From positions 7,604,329 through 7,624,328 of the forward strand of contig NC_057753.1 in assembly GCF_004010195.1 (NCBI RefSeq): 20,000 nt of DNA, read 5' to 3'. Within the stretch, counting starts at the first letter, position 1; every line of letters starts with the position of its first letter. Below are positions 10,857-20,000 of the stretch, piece after piece. A program made the translations under genes and the position numbers. The notes under the pieces are model-generated. The model saw nothing but the letters and a program-made list of their open reading frames with translations. It searched no databases and was not told the origin of the DNA. The DNA is from Chiloscyllium plagiosum. Taxonomy: Eukaryota.

Positions 10857-13800
10857 TGTTGTTGTTTTTAGGTAGTGAGTAGTCCCAGTCTTATCCGAAA
10901 GATGATATACAAATGCACACAGTTGTTAGTCAATCTGGGTAGTGACAGTCACAGACTGAACCAAAGGTGTTATATAAATGCACATTGTTATTGTTGTCTC
11001 TGAGCAGTGAGCAGTTCCAGTCTGAACCGAAAGTCGCTATCTAAATGCACACTTGTTGTCGGTGGGTAGTGAGCAGTTCCACTCTGAGCCAAACGCTGCT
11101 ATATAAATGCACTGTTTTGTTGTTGTTGTCTCTGGGCAGCGAGCAGTCCCAGCTTGAATCAAAGGGTGCTATATAAATGCACTCTGTTGTTATCTCTGGG
11201 TAGGAAGAACTCCCAGTCTCAATCAAGAGGTGCTATATAAATGCACACTTGTTCTTGTTGTCTGTTGGCAGTGGGCAATCCCAGTCTGAATCAAAAGGCT
11301 ATATCAATGCAGACTGTTGTTGTCTCTGGGCAGTAAAGCAGTCACAGTCTGAACCAAACGGTGATATATAAATGCACAATGTTGTTGCTGTCTCTGTGTA
11401 GTGAGCAGTCCCAGACTGAAGCAGAAGGTGCTATATCAATGCAGACTGTTATTGTCTCTGGGTAGTAAGCAGTTGCAGTCTGAACCAGAAGGTGCTATAT
11501 AACTGCACAATGTTGTTGTTTGCATCTGGGCAGTATGCAGTCCATGTCTGAACCAAAAGGTGCTGTATCAATGCAGACTGATGTTGTTGTTGTAGCAACA
11601 AAAGTTACTACATAAATGCACGCTGTTATTGTTGCCTCTGGGCAGTAAGCAGTCCCCGACTGAAGCAGAAGGAGCTATATCAATGCAGACTGTTGTTGTT
11701 GTTGTCTCTGTGTAGTGAGTAGTACCAGTCTGAAACAGAAGGTGCTATACCAGTGCAGGCTGTTGTTGTCGTCGTCTCTGGGTAGTGAACAGTCACTGTC
11801 TGAACCAAAAGGTGCTATATAAATGCACACTTGTTGTTTGCCTCTGGGCAGTGTGAAGTCCATGTCTGAACCAAAAGGTGCTATATCAATGCAGACTGAT
11901 GTCGTTGTTGTCTCTGTGTAGTGAGCAGTCCCAGTCTGAACCAAGAGGTGCTACATAAATGCACGCTGTAGTTGTTGTCTCCGGGCAGTATCAGTTCCAG
12001 ACTGAAGCTGAAGGAGTTATATCAATGCAGACTTGTTGTTGTTGTCTCTGTGTAGTGAGTAGTACCAGTCTGAAACAGAAGGTGCTATATCAATGCACAC
12101 TGTTGTTGTTGTCTATGCACTGTGAGCAGTCTCAGTCTGAAGCAAAGGGTGCTATATAAATGCACACTTGCTGTTTGCCTCTGGGCAGTGTGCAGTCCAT
12201 GTCAGAACCAAAAGGTGCTATAATCAATGCAGACTGATGTTGTTGTTGTCTCCGGGTATTGAGCAATCCCGGTCTGAACCAAGAGTCGCTATATAAATGC
12301 ACGCTGTTGTTGTTGCCTCTGGGCAGTAAGCAGTCCCAGACTGAAGCATAAGGAGCTATATCAATGCAGACTGTTGTTGTCGTAGTCTCTAGGTAGTGAA
12401 CAGTCACTGCCTGAACTAAAAGGTGCTATATAAATGCACGCCATTGTTGTATCAGAGCAGTAAGCAGTTGCCGTCTGAACCAAACGGTGATATATAAATG
12501 CATAATGTTGTTGTTGTCTCTAGGCAGTAAGCAGTCCCAGACTGAAGCAGAAGGTGCTATATCAATGCACACTATCGGTATTGTCTCTGGGCAATAAGCA
12601 GTCGCAGTCTGAACCAAACGGTGATATATAAATGCACAATGTTGTTGTTGTTTTTGGGCAGTGAGCAGTCCCAGACTGAAGCAGAAGGTGCTATGTCAAT
12701 GCAGACTTGTTGTTGTTGTCTCTGGGCAGTAAGCAGTCACAGTCTGAACAAAACTGTGCAATACCAATACACAGTGTTGTTGTTGTATGTGGGTAGTGAG
12801 CAGTCCCAGTCTGAATCAAAAGGTGCTATACAAATGCACACTGTTGTTGTCTCTGGGCAGTAAGCAGTCCCAAACTGAAGCAGAAGGTGCTATATCAATG
12901 CAGACTTGTTGTTGTTGTCTCTGGACAGTAAGCAGTCTCAGTCTGAATCAAACAGTGATATATAAATGCACAATGTTGTTGTTGTCTGTGGGCAGTGAGC
13001 AGTCCCAGATTGAAGCAGAAGGTGTTATATCAATGCCAACTACTGTTGTTGTTGTCTCAGGGCAGTGTACAGTCCCTGTCTGAACTGAAAGGTGCTATAT
13101 AAATGCACAATGTTGTTGTGTCTGGGCAGTGAGCAGTCCCAGTCTGAACAAAACGGTGCTATATAAATACACACTGTTGTTGTTGTGTGTGGGCAGTAAA
13201 CAACCCAGACTGAACCAGAAGTTGCTATATAAATAGACAGTGTTGTTGTCTTTAGGCAGTGGAGCCAACCCAGTCTGAAACAAACGGTGATATAGGAATG
13301 CACAATGTTGTTGTTGTTGTCTGTGGGCAGTGAGCAGTCCCAGACTGAAGCAAACGGTTCTATATCAATGCAGACTGTTGTTGTTGTCGTCTCTGGGCAG
13401 TGGGCAGTCCATGTCTGAACACAAAGGTGCTATATAAATGCAATGTGTTCTTGTTGTCTCTGGGTAGTGAGCAGTCCCAGTCTGAATCAAAAGGTGCTAC
13501 ATAAATGCACACAATGTTGTTGTCTGTGGACAGTGTGCAGTCCCGGTCTGAACCAGAAATTGCTATATCAATGCAGACTGTTTTTGTTGTTCTTGTCTCT
13601 GAGCAGTGAGCAGTCCCAGTCTGAACTAACAGGCGATATATAAATGCACAATCTTGTTGTTGTTGTCTCTGGGTAATGAGCCGTCAATGTCTGAATCAAA
13701 AAGTGCTATATCAATGCACAGTTTTGTTGTTGTTGTCTCTGTGGGCAGTGAGCAGTCCCAGTCTGAACAAAAAGGTGCTATATAAATACACACCGAGTTA

Positions 13801-14100
13801 TTGTTATTGTCTCTGGGCAGTGAGCAGTCCTGTTGTGAACCAAAAGGTGCTATATAAATGCACACTGTTGTTATCATCTCTGGGCAGTGAACAGTCCCAG
13901 TCTGAACCAAAAGGTCTTATATAAATGCACACTTGTTGTTGCATCTTGACAGTCAGCAGTCCCTGTCTGTGCATTTATATAAGACCTTTTGGTTCAGACT
14001 GGGACTGCTCATTGCCCAGAGACAACAGCAACAACAGTGTGCATTGACATAGTACCGTTTGGTTCAATATTGTTGTTGTTGTTGTCTCTGGGCAGTGAGC
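10857..14100 (+). repeat. Tandem satellite, ~66-70 bp unit, roughly 48 copies
   Basis: Consensus gtctctgggcagtgagcagtcccagtctgaaccaaaaggtgctatataaatgcacactgttgttgtt. Unit length varies with the (ttg)n tract. An inverted segment lies at 13968-14066. Confidence 0.97.
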
Positions 14101-14124
14101 CAGCGTGTACACACACCAGGGAGT

Positions 14125-14225
14125 TCATAAGTGAACCCAGTGCCCCATGGACTGCAGCAGTAGTTCCCCACCATCTTCTCAAGGGCAATGGGTGATAGAC
14201 AATAAATGCTGGCTCTTCCTCCATG
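14125..14225 (+). mobile_element. 3' end remnant of a CR1-like LINE
   Basis: 'catggactgcagcag..caccatcttctcaagggcaat..caataaatgctggc' matches my recollection of a common elasmobranch CR1-like 3' terminus. Confidence 0.5.
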
Positions 14226-14836
14226 AAATTATTCTAAATCAGGAGCTGAACGAGTTAGATTCTCTTGTTTTTGCTGCTCTCGTTTAAGGATATTTTTAAC
14301 ATGAAGCCATTGCATTCACAAAAGCAAAGGTTACAGAGTCAATTAAACCAATGCTTTGTCGAGAGAAGCTCTTCAGTCTGAGCTGATCATTTTGTCATGT
14401 GTTGTGGAGTCTGAGTCACGACACCCGACAGTGTCAGGGTTAAGACTGGCATGAAAGAGGACTGTGTGTAATCCTGCACTCGGTTCAGTACATTCCTGTC
14501 CATTTCCCTCTCCCTGGTGTCCCCTGCAGGTATGAAAGGAGTTTATCTGTACACCAGGTCAGAGGGCAAGATTCGCCAATTGCTCCAAACTGAAAACAAG
14601 GCCAAAGCTATAACTCGATTTCACTCAGAGGATTGTTCTGGACTGAAGATTCTGCATTCGTAATGCACACAGAAACTCAGCTACAAAGGAATTGTCTATC
14701 TCTCTCCTTGTCTGTCAGGGAAACTGTGTTGGACTGCGATTTACAGCTTTTCAATATGTTTCCTGAAAACTAAAATGGTCTGTTCTGAATTCCTAACCTC
14801 GGCTGACAGTGTTGACTTGACTAAACTCCTTCACAG

Positions 14837-15640
14837 GATATTAGAAGGGGAGGGTTCATGATTTGGAAACTCAATCTCACGTTAACATTAACAGAGCCTC
14901 AATCGATCAGGACTGGAATCCCATTGATCTTTGAAAGTGGAAGGAGAAATGTTTGCTCTGTCTGCGGGAGAATGGTTCAAATATCAGTGAAAATTGCTGA
15001 GAGACACACACACAATCTGAGTTAGTGGGTTGCAGTGCAGCGGTGACTGTGGAAGGAGCTTTAATCAGTCTCACAGTGTGAAAAACCCCTCCATCACACT
15101 GCTCCCAGCAGGGAGCCCCAGTACATGTGAGGGCATGTGAGTTCAGGGCTTCAACTGATTGTCCAACCTGGAGAAATGCAGAAACACTGGCACCAGGCAG
15201 AAACCTTGGAAATATGAACGCTGTAGGAAAGGATTCACTGGAAAGCCTTTGACGCAGTCCCACTGGAGAGAAACCGTGCATCTGTTCCCTATGTGGGAAG
15301 GGATTTACTCAGATATCTCCGTGATCTCTCACCAGAGAGTTCACACTGAGGAGTGACCCTGCAAAACTGCATTTCCCGTGAAAAAAAATTCAACAATTTA
15401 TCCCCCCTCACCGTACCCCAGTGAGCTCACACGGGGGAGAGAGGGTTCACTGGACCGGGTGGGGGAAATGATTCATTCAATCATTCGAGCTGGTCACACA
15501 GTGACCACACAGTGGGGAGACCATTCACCTTCCCTGTTTGTGCGGAAGGGTTCACTCCGTTGTTCCATTTCCTGTCACACCACCAGGTTCACACCGAGGA
15601 AAAACAATTCATCTGCTCTGCCTCTTGGAAGAGTTTTTAG
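14837..15640 (+). pseudogene. Decayed C2H2 zinc-finger gene exon (Krueppel-type tandem fingers)
   Basis: Acceptor 'tccttcacAG' ends at 14836. Finger and linker remnants: KPWKYERCRKGFT, TGEKPCICSLCGKGFTQ, HQRVHTEE*P and RPFTFPVCAEGFTPLFHFLSHHQVHTEEKQFICS. There are many stops, frameshifts and lost Cys/His residues. Confidence 0.85.
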
Positions 15641-15655
15641 GGAGTTATGCAAATC

Positions 15656-15741
15656 TGCTGGAGAAACTCAGCAAGTCTGGCAGCATCTGTGGAGGGAGAA
15701 ACAGGGTCAACATTTTATGTCCAGTGCCCCCTTCTTCAGAA
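15656..15741 (-). mobile_element. PLE terminal-repeat fragment with a decayed hammerhead core
   Basis: tgctggagaaactcagcaagtctggcagcatc... On the minus strand CUGAAGA is at 15733-15739, with a broken stem II and GAAA. Confidence 0.6.
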
Positions 15742-16477
15742 GCTCTCTGTAGAGTAACATCCTGAAACTGGGTAACGTGTGTGTCTGTGTGTGTGTGGGA
15801 GAGGGAATTTACTCCATTGTAATAATACCTGCTGAGATATCAGCCAGTCCAGAAGTGAAGGTTGGGTTCTGCTTCTGCTGCTAGTGCCCGTGTTAATCAT
15901 CCCGTAAACCTATTTAGTTTGTTCCAGCATCCATGAACAACCCTGTAACTGTCCAGAGGTTAATATTCTGGAAAGTCTTGCTGATTTGGTGGAGCTCAAT
16001 CTGAAATCTTTTCCCCTCGATGCAAAAAGATCATGTAAACATATTCACGGTAAAATTGTGAACTTTTACTTGGATTGCCAATGGACCAATGGTAGCAGAT
16101 ATACAATTCAGTCTCTGAAAGGCGGCACCGATGAACATCTCCAACGAGAAAGCGCTGATTAATCTTCACTGACAATTCTGGCTGATGGGCACATTCTTGA
16201 TTGTGGCAGGTCCACTCTGAAATGAAATCATGAAGGAGCATGAAACCGAATCAGGAAGTATTTTGCAGACACATCAACAAAACCTCATTGTTGTGGAGTG
16301 GGGGGTGGGGGAGGCTCACTACCAGTTCTTCAGTCTTACACTCGAATAGCTCTCCCCTGATTGCCCCAGACACTTGATCCCTGTTTCTCACCACCTCCCA
16401 CCCCCCACCTCTGCACTGTGGGCTCAGCAGCCCATCTCTGGTTTCTGTAGGTCCCCACCGATCCTCTGTAATCCCTG

Positions 16478-16665
16478 TGTGGTCTTACCAGACCATAGGG
16501 GCTGCTCTCTCATTAGAGAGAGAGATGCGAGAGGCGGTGTGTTAACCTGAAGTCCGGTGGCCCTCAGGCCAGGGAAGAGAAGTTGAGAAGGAGAGTCCTT
16601 CGTTGGAACCTCAAACCCACACTGCTGGCGTCACACCACTCTGTAAGCCAACTGAGCTAAACTGA
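16478..16665 (-). mobile_element. tRNA-derived SINE of a second family (degraded)
   Basis: The minus strand begins with a box A-like 'tagctcagttgg', has a partly deleted box B, and ends 'ctctctctaatgagagagcagcccctatggtctggtaagac'. Confidence 0.6.
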
Positions 16666-16849
16666 TTCCTATGCACATATAACAAAGCGGGGAGCTCCCA
16701 ATGGGTTTCCTGTACACAGTGGACTTGTCATTACAACTGAAAGTGAGTGTTTGTACTGGCTGAACGGAATCCTGTGCTCAACCCACAGACCCACCAGGTC
16801 CCTGAGCTTCCCATGTGACCGCGCAGATACAACAGCTGCACACACACTG

Positions 16850-17565
16850 ATGTAAAAGCAGTGATGTGCTACTAAGATGGTATAAAACTCTGGTTAGGCC
16901 CCATTTAGAATACTGTATCTAAATGTGGGCCCCACACCTCAGGAAGGACAGACTGGTACTGGAGTGTATCCAGCGGAGATTCACATGGATGATCCCTGGA
17001 ATGGTAGTCTAGATGAGAGTGGTGCTGGAAAAGCACAACAGGTCAGGCAGCATCTGAGGAGCAGGAAAATTGATATTTCTGGCAAAAGCCCTTCCATCAG
17101 GAATGGGCCTAACATACGATGAATGGCTGAGGAGCCTGGGATTGTATTCATAAGAGTTTAGAAGGTTGAGGGGAGATCTAATAGAAAATTACAAGATAAT
17201 GCATGGCTTAGAGAGGGTGGACGCTGGGAATTTGTTTCCATCAGGCAGGGATACTAGGACCCATGGGCACAGCCTTAAAACTAGAGGGGGTCAGTTTAGA
17301 ACGGAAATGAGGAGACATTTCTTCAGCCAGAGAGTGGTGGGCCCTGTGGAATTCATTGCCACAGAGCACAGTGGAGGCCGGGATGTTAAATGTCTTCAAG
17401 GCAGAGATTGATAAATTCTCAATCTCGCAAGGAATTAAGGGATATGGGGAGAGTGAGGGTAAGTGGTGTTAAAATACCCATCAGCCATGATTAAATGGCG
17501 GAGTGGACTCGATGTGTTGAATGGCCTTGCTTCCACTCCTGTTTCTTATGGCCTTATGGTCTTAT
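16850..17565 (+). mobile_element. 5'-truncated CR1 LINE, interrupted by a PLE-derived insert
   Basis: YKTLVRPHLEYC..WAPHLRKD, then RGDLIENYKIMHGLERVDAGNLFP..TRTHGHSLK..FFSQRVV. The tail is (cttatgg)n. Confidence 0.9.
17008..17104 (-). mobile_element. Single-arm PLE-derived insert with a degenerate hammerhead, inside CR1
   Basis: Homologous to the left arms at 10142-10233 and 19015-19105. It ends at 'catcaggaat', and CR1 coding sequence resumes on both sides. Confidence 0.8.
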
Positions 17566-17667
17566 AACTGTAGAGGGGCAGAGCAACATACAGACTGCAG
17601 TCCATCTGCCCAGTTGCAAATTTCCTTGAGGTAGGCTGTCTCAAAACAAATCAAGCGTAGTTTCTGT

Positions 17668-18115
17668 GAACATCACGGTTGAGTGACCCATCTTCAGAAT
17701 TGATGGGAGCGAGGAAAGGGTTGCTGTTTGTGCAGAAGATAGAGTAATGGCGGGGGGGGGGGGGGGGGTGCAGGGAGAAATAAGCAAGCAATAGGTGGGA
17801 ATAGATCCCAAAGAGAGAGAGAAAAACAGTTGGATCCACAGTGGTGTTGGGGGAGACCAGCTTGGTAAAATAAGGGTTACTCCTGAAACATTGACCTCTC
17901 CACCTCCTCATGCTACCTGGCATACTATGGTCTTCCAGCCTCCTGTTTGTCTACCTTGGATTCCAGCACCTGCAGTTTTTTTCTTATCTCTAACTTTGAT
18001 AAAATATTGTGGACTATTAGGTGTCACTCATACCAAAATGTGAACTCTGATTTTTCACCACAGATGCTGCCAGATTTGCTAAGATTTTCCAGCAATTTGT
18101 ATTTTTGTCTCCAAG
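17668..18115. mobile_element. Cluster of degraded PLE terminal-repeat fragments
   Basis: Minus-strand CUGAAGA at 17691-17697 with gggtca..cc stem remnants. Plus-strand 'cctgaaacattgac..atgct..ccagcacctgcag' lies at ~17880-17980 and 'cagatgctgccagatttgct..tccagca' at ~18037-18115. Confidence 0.5.
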
Positions 18116-18349
18116 TTGCAGCGCTTTTTCATTAGTCACTAAAAATGGGTTGCGTGTGGTAGCAGCCGAAATGAGGAGAAGGTCTAGTGGGGTTTGGGGT
18201 ATGAAGATATGGGAAAAGCTGTTCAATCCCTCAGATTGTTGACTTTCCTATTCATACACCCATACAGATACCTTTTTAAATGTTGTAATTTAATACTCAC
18301 TCACTGCTATTGGTTGGACTGATTTGCAGGTGCTGATGTTGGACTGGGG

Positions 18350-18492
18350 TGCACAAAGTTAAAAATCACACAACACCAAGGTATAGTGCATCAGATTTAT
18401 TTGGAAGCACTAGCTTTCGGAGCGCTGCTCCTTCATCAGGTAGTCGTGGAGTATTAGCTCAGAGGACACAATTTTTAGCAAAGGTTTACAGT
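18350..18492 (-). mobile_element. Penelope-like terminal repeat (second family), cut by the CR1 insertion at 18493
   Basis: 'aaaaatcacacaacacca..tttatttggaagcactagctttcggagcgctgctccttcatcagg' carries an intact hammerhead core. Confidence 0.7.
18408..18443 (-). ncRNA. Minimal type I hammerhead ribozyme motif, intact core
   Basis: Minus strand: cuac-CUGAUGA-A-GGAGC(agc)GCUCC-GAAA-GC-UA^gug. Stem II has 5 bp, stem III is the palindrome AGCU, the CUA triplet fits the NUH rule, and stem I uac/gug is short. Confidence 0.78.
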
Positions 18493-19015
18493 ATAGAACA
18501 TAGAAGAATACAGCGCAGTACAGGCCCTTCGGCCCTCGATGTTGCGCCGATCCAAGCCCACCTAACCTACACTAGCCCACTATCCTCCATATGCCTATCC
18601 AATGCCCGCTTAAATGCCCATAATGAGGGAGAGTCCACCACTGCTACTGGCAGGGCATTCCATGAACTCACGACTCGCTGAGTAAAGAACCTACCCCTAA
18701 CATCTGTCCCCCCCTTAATTTAAAGCTATGCCCCCTTGTAATAGCTGACTCCATACGTGGAAAAAGATTCTCACTGTCGACCCTATCTAAACCCCTAATC
18801 ATCTTGTACACCTCTATCAAGTCACCCCTAAACCTTCTTTTCTCCAAGGAAAACAACCCCAAGTGCCTCAGCCTTTCCTCATACGATGTTCCTACCATAC
18901 CAGGCAACATCCTGGTAAACCTCCTCTGCACCCGTTCCAGTGCCTCCACATCCTTCCTATAGTATGGTGACCAAAACTGCACACAATACTCCAGATGTGG
19001 CCGCACCAGAGTCTT

Positions 19016-19216
19016 GGATCAGTGGTGCTGGAAGAGCACAGCAATTCAGGCAGCATCCGAGGACAGGCAAAATCGACGTTTCGGGCAAAAGCCCTTCATC
19101 AGGAATCCTGAAACGTCGATTTTGCCTGTCCTCGGATGCTGCCTGAATTGCTGTGCTCTTCCAGCACCACTGATCCAGAATCTGGTTTCCAGCATCTGCA
19201 GTCATTGTTTTTACCT
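19016..19216. mobile_element. 201-bp palindromic hammerhead-bearing insertion with a 14-bp TSD
   Basis: 'cgcaccagagtctt' at 19002-19015 and 19217-19230. The inverted arms 19015-19082 and 19110-19177 are identical over 68 bp. Confidence 0.93.
19069..19108 (-). ncRNA. Minimal type I hammerhead ribozyme motif, intact core
   Basis: Minus strand: ggauuc-CUGAUGA-A-GGGC(uuuu)GCCC-GAAA-CG-UC^gauuuu. The triplet is GUC and stem III is the palindrome ACGU. Stem I is imperfect. Confidence 0.8.
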
Positions 19217-20000
19217 CGCACCAGAGTCTTATACAACTGCAACATGACCTCAGGACTCCGGAACTCAATTCCTCTACCAATAAAAGCCAGTACGCCATAT
19301 GCCTTCTTCACCGCACTATTTACCTGGGTGGCAACTTTCAACGATCTGTGTGCATGGACACCAAGATCCCTCTGCTCATCCACACTACCAAGTATCCGAC
19401 CATTAGCCCAGTACCCCATCTTCTTGTTACTCTTACCAAAGTGAATCACCTCACACTTAGCTACATTGAACTCCATTTGCCACCTTTCTGCCCAGCTCTG
19501 CAGCTTATCTATATCCCGCTGTAACCTGCCACATCCTTCCCCACTGTCTACAACTCCTCCGACTTTCGTATCATCTGCAAACTTGCTCACCCAACCTTCT
19601 AACCACTCCTATAGGTCATTTATAAAAATGACAAACAGCAATGGTCCCAAAACAGATCCTTGCGGAACACCGCTAGTGACGGCACTCCAAGATGAACCTT
19701 TGCCATCAACTACTACCCTCTGTCTTCTTTCGGCCAGCCAACTCCTAATCCAAACCTCCAACTCACCCTCAATGCCATACCTCCGTATTTTTTGCAGTAG
19801 TCTACCATGGGGAACCTTATCAAACGCCTTACTAAAATCCATATACACCACATCTACCGCTTTCCCCTTGTCCACCTCCTTAGTCACCTTCTCAAAGAAT
19901 TCAATAAGGTTTGTGAGGCACGACCTGCCCTTCACAAAACCATGCTGACTATCCTTGATCACATTATTCCTATCCAGATGTTCATAAACCCTATCCCTTA

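Larger units (their letters stand above)
18493..20000 (-). mobile_element. Relatively young CR1 LINE (RT through 3'UTR), continuing beyond the window end
   Basis: [65 protein letters not shown]. One in-frame stop at 19609-19611, a 201-bp insert and a small deletion near 18710. The tail is ttctatgttctat. Same family as 1624-3003. Confidence 0.96.

Noticed and set aside
10290..10875. Overlapping + strand ORFs of 116-158 aa
   Set aside because: No recognisable domain. They are explained by the GC-rich antisense strand of a probable retroelement fragment.
10857..14100. CRISPR-like array, or Cys/Thr-rich repeat ORFs
   Set aside because: The whole unit repeats with no unique spacers, there are no cas genes, and the context is eukaryotic. 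The ORFs are short by-products of the satellite.
15776..17768. Short (GT)n at ~15776-15797 and poly-G at ~17752-17768
   Set aside because: Ordinary simple repeats with no further structure.
19016..19216. Classical DNA-transposon MITE
   Set aside because: The inverted repeats are not terminal (39 extra bp on one side), arm lengths differ between copies, and the hammerhead motif points to PLE origin.

Overview
Eukaryotic, repeat-rich genomic DNA, inferred from its repeat families to be a cartilaginous fish (shark). No intact protein-coding gene is supported. The window holds a frameshifted GPR139-like GPCR exon (1-417, minus), a decayed C2H2 zinc-finger exon (~14837-15640), several 5'-truncated CR1 LINEs, a Rex1/Babar 3' end, three tRNA-derived SINEs, a ~3.2 kb satellite of ~67-bp units with higher-order structure and a local inversion, and a 500-N scaffold gap. 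The most notable signal is about nine short Penelope-like (PLE) terminal-repeat fragments carrying minimal hammerhead ribozyme cores (CUGANGA-A-stemII-GAAA-NN-UH). They fall into several sequence families whose stems covary. Several are fold-back palindromes that turn just 5' of the ribozyme core. One 201-bp palindromic copy sits inside a CR1 with a perfect 14-bp target-site duplication and identical 68-bp arms, which suggests recent non-autonomous mobility. Family assignments come from motif recognition, not database searches.
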